Shown here one piece after another: positions 39,606 to 52,116 of a DNA stretch of 64,000 nt (position 1 is the first letter of the stretch; each line of letters begins with the position of its first letter). The stretch lies in contig CAZCSM010000006.1 in the NCBI GenBank assembly GCA_964501355.1, positions 2,347 through 66,346 on the forward strand, in the 5' to 3' direction. Source of the DNA: an uncultured Candidatus Saccharibacteria bacterium (GTDB lineage: Bacteria > Patescibacteriota > Dojkabacteria > CAZCSM01). Position numbers and translations under genes: made by a program. A model generated the notes under the pieces. That model was given only the letters and a program-made list of their open reading frames with translations. It was not told where the DNA came from and searched no databases.

Positions 39606-40697
39606 TTGAAGATAGTAACAATGGAAGATTTTGATGCCACAGCACCTAATTATGCTGCTGCTGCATTGGGAACTACTGTTTCTGAAGCTCAGGCAGATCC
39701 GGATCAAGCTGTACAAAAACTTATCGAACTTCAAGCTAGATTAATGTCAACAAGTGCTTTGGCACCTGATTTTGCTAATAAAGTTCTTTTAGGTTTGAGT
39801 GATCTTCATACTGGCTTAGCTTTGATATTACCGCCAGACTTTAATGAAAAGGTTACTGCAAGAGCTGTAGAATTAGGATATGTTCCTAATAAACAGGAAG
39901 ATACTGAAGGAGCGCGAGAAGATAATGATGATTTTGATCCTTCCCAAGTAATTGTTAATTTAGCAGATACAGATGGTCTTGGTGATGTTGGAGATGATTT
40001 TTCACCAGAGCAAGCCGAGCAAGCTATGAGAGCTTTCGGATTGGTAAAGGAAGATGGGGTATCTTGGGCAGATCTTTATAAGCAATGGAAAGAAGAAAGG
40101 CATCCTGCAGTTCGTAATTTTCTAAACGGTGCACGGGGTTCTTTCAACGAAGCAGATTATAATGCATTGAGCACTAGGCTTCAGAGGGCTTGGGGAATTC
40201 TCGGTGAAACTTTAAGTTCTGGTTCAGAAAATGGAAATCTTTTGAGGGTGGCTTTAAATACAAGATTTGCTAGAAATGATTCAAAACAATCTTCTGCACA
40301 AGGTCAACAAAGACCTGTTGTAGAAGAAGTTGTCCGATCTCATGTAGCAACTCCTGTTGCTGTTAAAGCAAAGGCAGAGGTTGCTCCTACTGCCCTTTCT
40401 GAAGAAGAGAGATTGGTTATGGAGAAAATGGGATCAAGTATTGATAATCTTAGAAATATGGGAGCTGAAGCAGCATACAAGCTTGCTTGGAGTAAGTTTA
40501 ATAGAGAATGGCAAGATGCTGGTCGTGAAGCTATCGATAGAGACCTTAGCACAGGAAATGCCGGTCTGCAATTTAGACAGGAACAAACAACTGAAATTCG
40601 TACTGCAATTCGATATTTGAGAGATAAAGTCTTTGGAGAGGCTGAATGGCAGAAATTAGATGATAAATACACATTGACACAAAGACAGAGATGGTAA
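39606..40697 (+). CDS. Hypothetical acidic helical protein (true start may be frameshifted ATG at 39541)
   Basis: 363-aa ORF whose frame is open back to 39540. No family motif recognised. Confidence 0.7.
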   Translation: MKIVTMEDFDATAPNYAAAALGTTVSEAQADPDQAVQKLIELQARLMSTSALAPDFANKVLLGLSDLHTGLALILPPDFNEKVTARAVELGYVPNKQEDTEGAREDNDDFDPSQVIVNLADTDGLGDVGDDFSPEQAEQAMRAFGLVKEDGVSWADLYKQWKEERHPAVRNFLNGARGSFNEADYNALSTRLQRAWGILGETLSSGSENGNLLRVALNTRFARNDSKQSSAQGQQRPVVEEVVRSHVATPVAVKAKAEVAPTALSEEERLVMEKMGSSIDNLRNMGAEAAYKLAWSKFNREWQDAGREAIDRDLSTGNAGLQFRQEQTTEIRTAIRYLRDKVFGEAEWQKLDDKYTLTQRQRW

Positions 40698-40715
40698 ATT
40701 TTTATTAGATTTTTT

Positions 40716-40746
40716 AAAAAGAGGTCTTAAAGGCGACCTCTTTTTT
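40716..40746. terminator. Bidirectional intrinsic terminator
   Basis: AAAAAGAGGTC-ttaaaggc-GACCTCTTTTT between convergent genes. Confidence 0.75.
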
Positions 40747-42707
40747 TACTCCCCCACTCCAACTAAATATGTTGCTGGGACTGCCACATAACTTGAATGT
40801 AGCGTATATTTATCTTCTCGTCCGTCTGTGAATGTCACCGTTCTGAAGTAATCGGTTTGAAATCCTGCGATTGCAGATTTTGTTAACTTCCGTTCTCCTG
40901 GTGCTAAATCTGCAGATGGAATTTCATAAGAAGTTGATGCCCAGTATTTCCCATATATTTCAGGACCTGAGACTTCAACTTTTCTTCCATCGTCCGTTCC
41001 ATAAATCCAAACTCTTGCTCGTTTAGTTTCGGTATTAACATCTTGCTGAATAAGAATGTGTCCGGGGGAATCATTTCTAAACTGCATACTTGCAGATGGA
41101 ATGTAAACTGAAGCATCAAGCCCGGGTTGTGGCCATCTATAATATTCCACATCATAACTGTGCGGATGTCGTTCAACAATCGGAAACCCTCCATAAAATG
41201 CTGCCCGAAAAAGTGTTGTGGATGTTTGACAAATTCCTCCACCATATTCTAATGCAGTTTGTGTTCTGTTTTTTATCACCCAACCAGGCATGAAACCATG
41301 TGCGGCATCAATTGGTCCAATGTATTGAGCATAATTGAAAATTTCTCCCGGACCAATTATTACATTTTGAAACCTTGATAAGCCGACCTTTATGTTGGTT
41401 TCCCGACTGTCTGTAGAATGACCGAAATCTGATTCCCCGTAAGCTATTAACTCTTTAATTCCTAGATTAAGCTCCGTTTCATCGTATATTTGCCCCTCCT
41501 GTACAGATATAGGAAGTTCGGTTTCATAGATACTATTTTTGAAGTTTTCTACAATTAATTCAACAGCCTGTTCTTTTTCAAGAGCATATCCATCTTTTAG
41601 CGTTCCTTCAACAATAACTGTTTCATTAGCATCAAGACTTAATTTGATGTGTTCAGCGTGATTATCAAGTTGACTTACAATATTAGTATTTACATATTTA
41701 TCAATTTCCTCCGGATTTAAAAGAATGCTAAAGTTCACAGGTACTGTATCTTCACCTGCAACAATTCCTGTTCCAAACTTGTAATAAATTGGTTTTGAGA
41801 ACAGTGCATTTGCAAAGGTCTTTGAGGAAATGTCGAAAAGCAACCACTCTGGGTGATCAGCAAGTTTTTCAGTGACATTAACATTGCCGGCTTTAAATTT
41901 AAGCTCTTGTTCAATAATCTCATTTGCAGCATCTGCGATAACAGCAACTTCTCCATATGAAAGTGTCGGAGTACTTTGTGTCGTTTGGAGACTGTATGAT
42001 TCTCTATACAAATATTCAAATGCAGTCTTAACATTATTAACACTTTCTGGGGTTAGTGATGTTCCCGATTTCCCCTCAACGACAACAAATCTTCCCTCCT
42101 GATGAATCACCTCCGGTTCCTTGAACGGACTAATGTTTTCGAAATTCGCATAAATTGTGTTAAGAATATTTGCCTCTTTTACATTTACACTAAGCGCTCT
42201 GTCGTATTTCTTAAAATTATTTCCAATTGAATAAACATATTCAGAAAACGTATCAGGATATGCAGGATGTTGAGCTGTGTAAATGTTTTGGAGAACCTCA
42301 TTTGCGTTAATTTCTGCATTAAAGTCTGTAATATCGATTGTTTCTTTTTCACCGTTAATTTCAACTTCTACTGTATTTACTTGAAAATCTTCAATTGCTC
42401 CAGCAAGTATTTCTCTTGCTTCTGCAAGAGTCATTCCTCCAACATAGTAATCCCCTACTCTCGTTTGAATGTAAAATCTGTTATGGAAATAAATGTAATT
42501 TGCCAACAAAATTAATGAAATTAATAGTGTTGAAAATATGAATGCATACGAAGTTGCCGTCAAAACTTGTCGACGTTTTGATGGTGCATTATAGCTAACT
42601 AGCTTCTCTTTTTGATTCGTTGGTTTCGTTCCCATAGCAGTTTTTTGCGTTTTGGCAATATTATCAAATTTATAATAACGTTTTTTCCGGTTCTTAACAA
42701 TATTCAA
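40746..42707 (-). CDS. VanW-family membrane-anchored protein (PG-binding-4 repeats, VanW, G5-like tail)
   Basis: TM anchor, VGGMTLAEA, RETNI, I.PGEIFN, YGGGICQTSTTLFRAA, IVERHPHSY, PGLDASVY, F.ND. Confidence 0.88.
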   Translation of the reverse strand: MNIVKNRKKRYYKFDNIAKTQKTAMGTKPTNQKEKLVSYNAPSKRRQVLTATSYAFIFSTLLISLILLANYIYFHNRFYIQTRVGDYYVGGMTLAEAREILAGAIEDFQVNTVEVEINGEKETIDITDFNAEINANEVLQNIYTAQHPAYPDTFSEYVYSIGNNFKKYDRALSVNVKEANILNTIYANFENISPFKEPEVIHQEGRFVVVEGKSGTSLTPESVNNVKTAFEYLYRESYSLQTTQSTPTLSYGEVAVIADAANEIIEQELKFKAGNVNVTEKLADHPEWLLFDISSKTFANALFSKPIYYKFGTGIVAGEDTVPVNFSILLNPEEIDKYVNTNIVSQLDNHAEHIKLSLDANETVIVEGTLKDGYALEKEQAVELIVENFKNSIYETELPISVQEGQIYDETELNLGIKELIAYGESDFGHSTDSRETNIKVGLSRFQNVIIGPGEIFNYAQYIGPIDAAHGFMPGWVIKNRTQTALEYGGGICQTSTTLFRAAFYGGFPIVERHPHSYDVEYYRWPQPGLDASVYIPSASMQFRNDSPGHILIQQDVNTETKRARVWIYGTDDGRKVEVSGPEIYGKYWASTSYEIPSADLAPGERKLTKSAIAGFQTDYFRTVTFTDGREDKYTLHSSYVAVPATYLVGVGE

Positions 42708-42745
42708 CGGATAAGTTGAGGAAAAGTAACACTTTCATTAATAAT

Positions 42746-42774
42746 GTAGGGACAGGTTTAAAACCTGTCCCTAC
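42746..42774. repeat. GTAG-type REP-like palindrome
   Basis: GTAGGGACAGGTTTAAAACCTGTCCCTAC, downstream of gyrA; may also act as a terminator. Confidence 0.75.
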
Positions 42775-42799
42775 CAATTGATTGAACTAATAATTAATC

Positions 42800-45463
42800 T
42801 TACACTACCGCCATAGAAGCTACTTCATCATCACCTTTTACATTCATCAATTTCACACCAGTTGTTTGTCTATGCTGTGTTGGAATTCCTTCTTTCAAAG
42901 GAAGCATTATCGCAATGCCTTTCTTTGAAATTATTAACAAATCTTTATTAGGATGATCAAGAATTCTTGCGGAAATAAGTTTCCCTGTTTTACTCGTTAC
43001 CTTAAATGTAAATACACCCTGTCCGCCACGTCCCTGTACGGCATATTCTTCAAGTTTAGTCATTTTTCCATATCCCTTTTCAGAAACGAGAAGTAAACTC
43101 ACTTCACCTTCTCTGACAACATCCATTACTACAACACCATCGTCTTCTTTCTTAAACTTAATCCCGAAGACTCCCATTGAAGCTCTTCCCATCGGTCTAA
43201 CATCACTTTCTTTGAATCTGATACTTTTACCATATTTTGTAACAAGCATTACTTCATTATCTCCGGTTGTAGGTCGAACCCATGCGAGTTCATCTCCATC
43301 TTTTAGCTTGATTGCGATAAGCCCGGATGATCTGATATTACTGAATTCAGAAAGTTCAGTCTTTTTTACAATACCTGCGGTTGTTGCCATAAACAGATAT
43401 TTATATTTCTTTCCTGATTTTTCCGATTTCTCCTCTCCTTCTTGAATAACATCTTCTTCAAAGAAGCCATCTTCTGTTCGTGTTAGAACGCTGCTTACAA
43501 GCTCATTTTGGTCAACATCAATTAGATTAATAATCGGCTGTCCCTTTGCTGTTCGTCCAAAATCCGGAATTTCATGTGCCTTTAACTGGAATACCCTGCC
43601 CTTATTCGTAAAGAATAAAATATCATCATGAGTATTGCATTTAAGCACGTGTTCAACAAAGTCGCCTTCTTTTGTAGTCATTCCTTTTTTCCCGGTTCCA
43701 CCCCTGTGTTGTGGCGCATATGTACTCTCAGGCATTCTCTTAATGTATCCTTCGTGCGATATTGTAATAAACACATCTTCCGGTTTGACAAGGTCTTCTT
43801 CTGAAATCTCCCCCACTTTGCCTTTGATAACCTTTGTTCGTCTTGCATCTCCAAACTTTTCCTTAACTTCGAGAAGTTCATTCTTCACTTCATTTAAGAT
43901 TGCAATTGGATCGGCAAGAAGAATTTCTAAGTCAGCAATGAACTTTTTGATTTCCTTGTATTCTTCTTCGATTTTCTGTCTTTCAAGAGCGGCAAGTCTT
44001 CGAAGTTGCATATCTAGAATTGCTTGTGCTTGGATCTCCGAAAGCTTAAATCTCTTTATCAAATTATCTTTCGCTGTTTCCTGCGTCTTCGATTCACGAA
44101 TTGTTTTGATAACTTCATCCAGATTATCAAGTGCAATCTTCAACCCTTCCAAAATGTGTGCTCTGTACTTTGCTTTCGCCAGGTCATATTCATTCTTTCG
44201 AATAACAACTTCTTGTCTATGACTAATGAATAATTCTAATATTCTCTTTAGTGACAGGACATGAGGTTCATTCTCAACAAGTGCAAGCATATTGGCATTA
44301 AATGCCTTTTGCATCTCCGTGTACTTGAAGATTTTATTCAAAATCGTCTTTGGTTTTGCATCTTTCTTCAGTTCAACTACAACACGTATTCCTTCTCTAT
44401 TTGACTCATCCCGAAGATCTTTAATTCCATCAAGCTTCTTCTCTTTATATAAGTCTGCAATTTTAGCGACCAAATGTGCTTTGTTAACCTGGAAAGGAAG
44501 TTCTGTAATAATAATTTGGAATCTGTCTGCTTTGCTTTCTTCAATCTTTGCAACACCTCTCATCACAATTCTTCCCTTGCCGGTTGAGTATGCTTCAAGA
44601 ACAGATTCTCTGTCATAAATTACTCCGCCCGTTGGGAAATCAGGACCTTTTACAAATTCAATAAGTTCGTCAGCGGTTGCTTCAGATTGGAATTTCGGAT
44701 AAAGTGATTCTCCTTCTGCAAATGTAACGTCTTGATAAATTTCGTCAGGATTTGCGACTTCGGGAACTTTTTGAGTTTTTTCTCTTTCAATTCTTAATTC
44801 GTTATATTTTGATTTTCCTTCCCATTCATTTCCCTTATCGATCATATGGGCAAGCGCATCTACAATCTCTCCCAGATTATGAGGTGGGATTTTTGTTGCC
44901 ATACCGACAGCGATTCCGTCAACGCCATTAAGAAGAAGCATCGGAAGTTTCGACGGTAAAACGGTCGGTTCTGTATGATTTCCGTCGTAGTTTAATTCAT
45001 ATTTGACAGTATTCTTATCAATATCGGCTAAAAGATCGGCTGTGATTTTTCCCATTCTCGATTCGGTGTAACGCATCGCAGCTGCACTATCACCATCAAT
45101 AGATCCGAAGTTTCCTTGTCCGTCAACCATTAAGTATCTTGAACTGAAATCCTGTGCCATTCGAACCATTGTCTGATAAATAGCCTGATCACCATGAGGG
45201 TGATATTTTGCCATAACTTCACCAACCGTATTTGCAGATTTTCGATATGCAGAAGTTGGAGTGATCCCCAATTTATCCATGGCAAAAAGAATCCTTCTCT
45301 GCACAGGTTTCAATCCGTCTCGAACATCCGGAAGAGCTCTTGCTACAATAACACTCATCGAATAGTTAATGTACGACTTTTTCATTTCATCCGATATTCT
45401 AATCGGCTTAATGTTTTTATCAATTTGCTCTAGTTCAAGATTCTCAGTATTGTTGTCGTTCAT
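42800..45463 (-). CDS. gyrA: DNA gyrase subunit A
   Basis: [30 protein letters not shown], GyrA-box QHRGGTG, beta-pinwheel repeats. Confidence 0.97.
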   Translation of the reverse strand: MNDNNTENLELEQIDKNIKPIRISDEMKKSYINYSMSVIVARALPDVRDGLKPVQRRILFAMDKLGITPTSAYRKSANTVGEVMAKYHPHGDQAIYQTMVRMAQDFSSRYLMVDGQGNFGSIDGDSAAAMRYTESRMGKITADLLADIDKNTVKYELNYDGNHTEPTVLPSKLPMLLLNGVDGIAVGMATKIPPHNLGEIVDALAHMIDKGNEWEGKSKYNELRIEREKTQKVPEVANPDEIYQDVTFAEGESLYPKFQSEATADELIEFVKGPDFPTGGVIYDRESVLEAYSTGKGRIVMRGVAKIEESKADRFQIIITELPFQVNKAHLVAKIADLYKEKKLDGIKDLRDESNREGIRVVVELKKDAKPKTILNKIFKYTEMQKAFNANMLALVENEPHVLSLKRILELFISHRQEVVIRKNEYDLAKAKYRAHILEGLKIALDNLDEVIKTIRESKTQETAKDNLIKRFKLSEIQAQAILDMQLRRLAALERQKIEEEYKEIKKFIADLEILLADPIAILNEVKNELLEVKEKFGDARRTKVIKGKVGEISEEDLVKPEDVFITISHEGYIKRMPESTYAPQHRGGTGKKGMTTKEGDFVEHVLKCNTHDDILFFTNKGRVFQLKAHEIPDFGRTAKGQPIINLIDVDQNELVSSVLTRTEDGFFEEDVIQEGEEKSEKSGKKYKYLFMATTAGIVKKTELSEFSNIRSSGLIAIKLKDGDELAWVRPTTGDNEVMLVTKYGKSIRFKESDVRPMGRASMGVFGIKFKKEDDGVVVMDVVREGEVSLLLVSEKGYGKMTKLEEYAVQGRGGQGVFTFKVTSKTGKLISARILDHPNKDLLIISKKGIAIMLPLKEGIPTQHRQTTGVKLMNVKGDDEVASMAVV

Positions 45464-45486
45464 TTCTTAATAATTTGACCTAATAT

Positions 45487-47415
<1,929 letters not shown>

Positions 47416-47577
47416 CTAAAATCTACTAATATACCAAATAAAGGATTATTTCTGCTCTCCCATCTCTCTAGGAATTCTAAAGATAATAGAATTAGCTTAA
47501 TTGATAATAAAATAAAGCGTTTTATTACGTAGAGTCAATAATGCAAAAGTTATTCTAGCACAAAAACTTTTTGCGTT

Positions 47578-48066
47578 CTACTTTTTAGGCGAAGGTCTCA
47601 TTTCTGAAACCTTGGGGGCAGTACTTGCATGATGTTCTTTATGCGCGGGTTTCCCGTCTGATTCATATTTTAGACAGCACATTAATTTCCCACAGTATCC
47701 GGTATATTTTTGCGGACTACATGGGAGATTTTGTTCTTTAATCAATTTAACCGAGACTGAATCGAAGCTCTTCAAGAATCTCTTGCAGCAACATATCTCT
47801 CCACAAGGACCAATACCGCCAACTTCTTTTGCTTTATCTCTTGGTCCAACTTGTCTTAGCTCAATTTTGACAGAAAGTTCATTTTGAAGGACTTTCAATA
47901 ATTCTCTAAAGTCGATTCTTTTTGCAGATTCGAATTTGAAGATAATTTTTCTCTCCCTTGCAAGATAGTCCGTGCCGATAATTTGCATAGGAAGCTTCAA
48001 TTTCTGAACGTAATTCTTACAAAGTTCCGTTGCTTTATCTAAATTTTTTGTTTCGCCTTTTGCCAT
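47578..48066 (-). CDS. PSP1-domain protein (RicT/YaaT-like)
   Basis: RIDFRELLK...KIELRQVGPRDKAK..GGIGPCG..CCC..FL...CGKLMCCLKYE. Confidence 0.9.
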   Translation of the reverse strand: MAKGETKNLDKATELCKNYVQKLKLPMQIIGTDYLARERKIIFKFESAKRIDFRELLKVLQNELSVKIELRQVGPRDKAKEVGGIGPCGEICCCKRFLKSFDSVSVKLIKEQNLPCSPQKYTGYCGKLMCCLKYESDGKPAHKEHHASTAPKVSEMRPSPKK

Positions 48067-48076
48067 ATCAGTTATT

Positions 48077-48865
48077 TCAACTCTTACAATTTTTATATAC
48101 CTCTTTATCTAATGTTTGTAACATCAGATTTTCTAAAACCAGTAATTTATTTGTATTATAAAGGATTTTCACTCTATCTGCCAGTACTTTGTTTAAGTCT
48201 TTTACTGCGGTCTTTCTCAATATTTCATTTCCTAAATTCATTTTTAAAATTGCTCTGATTCCCCCGATTATCTTATCGATAAATTCTAAAGTGTAAAATG
48301 CATCTTTACGTTCCTCTTTTTTATCCTTATCAGTAACCTCTTTCACTAATTGAAACCTTTGTGGTAAATCCAGGTTAACAATTCCCATAATTAATGCGCG
48401 GTCTGAGACGGTTTCATCCCCGACCTGGTTAATTTTCAAAATCTGACTTCTCGATTGAATCGTATCCAGAAGATGTGATGCATTATCAACCGTCAAAATA
48501 ATTCTTACATACGATGGAGGTTCCTCTAGTGTTTTCAACAAAGCATTTTGTGCACCAATGCTTAAGGTTTGTGCATTCTTTATTATCACTACACAGACCT
48601 TAGAAACAAGTGGTTTAGAATTAATCTTTTGAATAATCTTTTCACGCACAAAATCAACGGAAATGTTTTTCTTATCCTCTGGCTTTTCAACCAATATAAA
48701 ATCCGGATGGTTGCTATTTTCAAAACTAACACAGCTCTGACAATTATCGCAACCCTCATCTCCTTCTGTATCAAGACAAAGATTTGACTTAGCCAACGAT
48801 AAGGCTTTTACAAAACCCTGTTCAATATTTGCTGATTCTATTATTAATGTTTGTGGTAGTTTCAT
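48077..48865 (-). CDS. holB: DNA polymerase III delta-prime-like subunit
   Basis: C..GCDNCQSC...HPDF, ISVD.VRE, AQNALLKTLEEPP, LLDTIQSR; adjacent to a PSP1 gene. Confidence 0.85.
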   Translation of the reverse strand: MKLPQTLIIESANIEQGFVKALSLAKSNLCLDTEGDEGCDNCQSCVSFENSNHPDFILVEKPEDKKNISVDFVREKIIQKINSKPLVSKVCVVIIKNAQTLSIGAQNALLKTLEEPPSYVRIILTVDNASHLLDTIQSRSQILKINQVGDETVSDRALIMGIVNLDLPQRFQLVKEVTDKDKKEERKDAFYTLEFIDKIIGGIRAILKMNLGNEILRKTAVKDLNKVLADRVKILYNTNKLLVLENLMLQTLDKEVYKNCKS

Positions 48866-48914
48866 AGCAGAACAAGTGTATCACAGGAGAGACTGTTATT
48901 GAAACAAAAAATGA

Positions 48915-50195
48915 TCAAGGATTTTTTGCACCGTACGTTCTTGAGTTTGCAAGTCGACTTCGAAAATCCGCAGATGATTCGGCCCAATATTGTGATCGAT
49001 ATGCTCCTATGACTTCAGCTCCTGCATATTTTAAAGTTTGAGGTAGCCGATATCGTATATTGGGGATTAATACAGATACAGTTATATCATCCGTTGCCCG
49101 TTCTCGTGTCGGTTCTTCTGGGTTGTAATTTTCGACCTGCTCCTCTTGAATTAGATAAAGGTATTGTGTAACTTCTTCTTCCGTCGTCAATGTTAAAAGT
49201 TTCCCAATTCTATGAACCAACCTCTCTTTGTCGAGTTCTTTTGTAAGATCTAAGTCATAAATGAAGCCGTCACTTGCAAGTAGGACTCCGTACACCTTTT
49301 CGACAGGGATTTGGTATAACTCGCTATTTTGCAAATGCGCAGTGTATATATCAGGCAAACCTCTTAGTACCGGAACTATGTGACGTTTGTTCACATATGA
49401 GTCCTCATAGTACCCCCTGCTACGAAGCATTCTCGAGGCATCCTCCGCACTTGAAGCCTGTCCGGATGATATTAGTTCATTTATGCGAACTGTCGTTTGT
49501 TGGTCGAAATATTTATTGGAATCTATATATGCAGGAACGATTCGACCGTCTCTCAAAATTACAAATATGGGTGCATCTCCTATTGAAGTAACTTCTACAT
49601 GTTTATACTGGTGAATACAGAACGCTGCTGTCGCACCAGGGACTTTATCCGGCGTCAATGTTGTTTCAAGGAAACCGCTAAATAGAGAATATCCTGTCGG
49701 AGGAATATGGTACATCCTTTGAAGATGTTCATTAATCTCAAATATTAATCGGGGACTTTCTACTGCTGGAAAATTATGATTTGTGAAATCTCTATGCAAT
49801 CGAGTGTTAATATAAGCGGTATCCATTCTTATGAGGAATTCTTTTATGATCCTTGGGGCAATCGTGTCAGTTCCGCCCTCGTTAACTTGGTATCTATCTG
49901 GAATTCCAATCAGTTCCAATGCTTCTGATAATGGATTGATTGGTGTGACACCATCAATAACCGCTGATATCTCAAGCATTCCATGGACTCTTTTATAAAC
50001 AGGCAGATCTCCGGAGACGGGCTTCCCCATTGCGGGTATTCCGGCTGATAGATGGGCGCTTATATATCGCTCTCCTTTTTCTGTCCAGTTCCAAGTAGAT
50101 AGCTCTGTTCCGGATGGATCTATTTCTGTGCCCATTAATACTCTTGATACACGATTACCGCCCTGCATTATACTGGATATATATGTGTGGTTCAA
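48915..50195 (-). CDS. Hypothetical protein with PP2C-like phosphatase motifs
   Basis: AVIDGVT, GATAA, SIGDAP, LLASDGF and DDITV appear in the canonical PPM order. Confidence 0.6.
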   Translation of the reverse strand: MNHTYISSIMQGGNRVSRVLMGTEIDPSGTELSTWNWTEKGERYISAHLSAGIPAMGKPVSGDLPVYKRVHGMLEISAVIDGVTPINPLSEALELIGIPDRYQVNEGGTDTIAPRIIKEFLIRMDTAYINTRLHRDFTNHNFPAVESPRLIFEINEHLQRMYHIPPTGYSLFSGFLETTLTPDKVPGATAAFCIHQYKHVEVTSIGDAPIFVILRDGRIVPAYIDSNKYFDQQTTVRINELISSGQASSAEDASRMLRSRGYYEDSYVNKRHIVPVLRGLPDIYTAHLQNSELYQIPVEKVYGVLLASDGFIYDLDLTKELDKERLVHRIGKLLTLTTEEEVTQYLYLIQEEQVENYNPEEPTRERATDDITVSVLIPNIRYRLPQTLKYAGAEVIGAYRSQYWAESSADFRSRLANSRTYGAKNP

Positions 50196-50222
50196 CTCTG
50201 ATTTGAATTAATCTGTTCGTAA

Positions 50223-50251
50223 TTGACGTCGTCGTTTACTTATAATAGTAT
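50223..50251 (+). promoter_or_regulatory. Possible sigma70 promoter of pilus cluster 2
   Basis: TTGACG, 17 nt, TAGTAT, with an overlapping TATAAT at 50241-50246. Confidence 0.5.
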
Positions 50252-50288
50252 ATCTATGTGATTATTGTTAAATTAACTCAACTGCCTT

Positions 50289-52088
50289 ATGTACGCGTCT
50301 CAAAGCGTTGCTGAAAAATTACTCGAAAAAGGTACTATTAACGCGGATCAATTCTCTGCGGCTCGTTCAGAATCATTGCGAAAAGGCGTTGCGGTAGAAG
50401 ATGTCTTACAAAGCGATGGTGTTGTAAGTGGTGTTGATATTGCAAAAGCAAAGTCTGAAATTTATGATATCCCGTTTGTTGATCTCCTTGAATTATCCTT
50501 TGATAAAGATGTAATAAGCAAAATCTCAGCTGATGTTGCTCGTCGTCAGAACGCTATTCCATTCAAAGCAACCGAAACCGCTCTTGAAATTGCCATGAAA
50601 GATCCTTTGGATATTCAGGCTGTAAACTATCTCTCAAAATTAATCGGACAAAGGATAATTCCTTATTATGCCGATCCGGCTGCGATTGAGAAAGTGATTG
50701 ATTCTCAGTATAAAGAAGAGTTTGCTGGTGAAGTTACGGAAGCTATTGAAGAAGTTTCAGAGGATAAACCAAAGGAAATTGAAGAGCAGATTTCTGATGT
50801 TGGAAAAGTTGAAGAAGAGATTCAGCGTGCACCTGTCGCTCGTATTATCAATATGATGCTTGAGTACGCTGTTAAATCAAAGGCTTCTGATATTCATATT
50901 GAGCCAAGTGAAACGAAGCTTCGAGTTCGGATGAGAATACATGGTGTTCTAGTTCAAAAACTTGAAATGCCAATGAGTGTTCATCCTGCACTTGTTTCTA
51001 GAATCAAAATTTTGGCGAAACTGAAAATTGATGAAAAGAGAGTTCCTCAGGATGGTCGTTTTGGTATAAAACTGAAGGGGAAAGAAGTTGACCTTCGTGT
51101 CTCTACGTTACCTACAATTGACGGTGAAAAAGTTGTTATTCGTTTGCTTGATCGTTCAAGCGGAATTTTTAGTTTAGAGGAAACGGGGCTTAGAGGAAGT
51201 GCATATAAATCATTTTTAGAAGCCTTAACCTTAACGACAGGAATTGTGCTTGTGACGGGTCCGACCGGTAGTGGTAAAACACAAACTCTTGCAAGTTCAC
51301 TTGATAGGATTAATACAGAGAAAATAAATATTATCACACTTGAGAATCCTGTTGAAATTAAGATTCCCGGTGTTAACCAGGTTAATGTTAATCCTGATGC
51401 TGGGCTAACTTTTGCCTCAGGTCTTCGCTCTATTCTTCGTCAGGACCCTGATGTTGTGATGGTCGGTGAAATTCGTGATGGAGAAACGGCAAGACTTGCA
51501 ATGCAGGCTTCTTTGACTGGTCATTTGGTGTTTTCTACACTTCACACGAATAGTGCGGCGGGAGCACTTCCTAGGCTTATTGATATGGGAATTGAGCCAT
51601 ACCTTATTGCTTCCACCGTTCATTTGGTTGCAGCACAAAGACTTCCTCGAAAAATTTGTCCTTTTTGCATGGAGAGCTATGTGGCTACCCCCGAGGTCGC
51701 AAAAGATATTGTCGATGTACTGGGTAACTTAAAGATTGATATTGTCTCTCACTCGAAACAATATTGCCCAGTTTGCAAAGCAGGACAACCCTGCCCTCAT
51801 ACAGAAATTGAAAAGGATGATATTCCTGACATTGATCAATTAATTCTTTTCCGAGGGAAAGGATGCGAAAAGTGTGAAGGAAGCGGTTATTCAGGAAGAA
51901 TTGGAATTTATGAAGTATTGAATGTTACTGACAAGATTGGTAAATTAGTAATGGAACAAAGCTCTACAAGTCAGATTGACGATTTGGCCAGAGCGGAAGG
52001 CATGATTTCAATGACACAGGATGGGTACTTGAAAGCTTTGGAGGGAATAACTACGATTGAAGAAGTTTTAAGAGTTTCAAAAGCATAA
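50289..52088 (+). CDS. pilB: Type IV pilus assembly ATPase (PilB), cluster 2
   Basis: ASDIHIEP, RVPQDGR, GPTGSGKT, LRQDPDVVMVGEIRD, GHLVFSTLH, CPFC...CEKC. Confidence 0.94.
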   Translation: MYASQSVAEKLLEKGTINADQFSAARSESLRKGVAVEDVLQSDGVVSGVDIAKAKSEIYDIPFVDLLELSFDKDVISKISADVARRQNAIPFKATETALEIAMKDPLDIQAVNYLSKLIGQRIIPYYADPAAIEKVIDSQYKEEFAGEVTEAIEEVSEDKPKEIEEQISDVGKVEEEIQRAPVARIINMMLEYAVKSKASDIHIEPSETKLRVRMRIHGVLVQKLEMPMSVHPALVSRIKILAKLKIDEKRVPQDGRFGIKLKGKEVDLRVSTLPTIDGEKVVIRLLDRSSGIFSLEETGLRGSAYKSFLEALTLTTGIVLVTGPTGSGKTQTLASSLDRINTEKINIITLENPVEIKIPGVNQVNVNPDAGLTFASGLRSILRQDPDVVMVGEIRDGETARLAMQASLTGHLVFSTLHTNSAAGALPRLIDMGIEPYLIASTVHLVAAQRLPRKICPFCMESYVATPEVAKDIVDVLGNLKIDIVSHSKQYCPVCKAGQPCPHTEIEKDDIPDIDQLILFRGKGCEKCEGSGYSGRIGIYEVLNVTDKIGKLVMEQSSTSQIDDLARAEGMISMTQDGYLKALEGITTIEEVLRVSKA

Positions 52089-52116
52089 ATTAAATTACTT
52101 ATTAATAAATATCAAA

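Noticed and set aside
42143-42170. Second dif-like half site, AATTCGCATAA-ATTGTG-TTAAGAATATT
   Set aside because: The right arm does not mirror the left, and it lies inside the vanW CDS; probably chance.
43635-44618. Long antisense ORFs opposite gyrA, and similar short ORFs opposite other genes
   Set aside because: Shadow frames of well-conserved genes with no motifs of their own.
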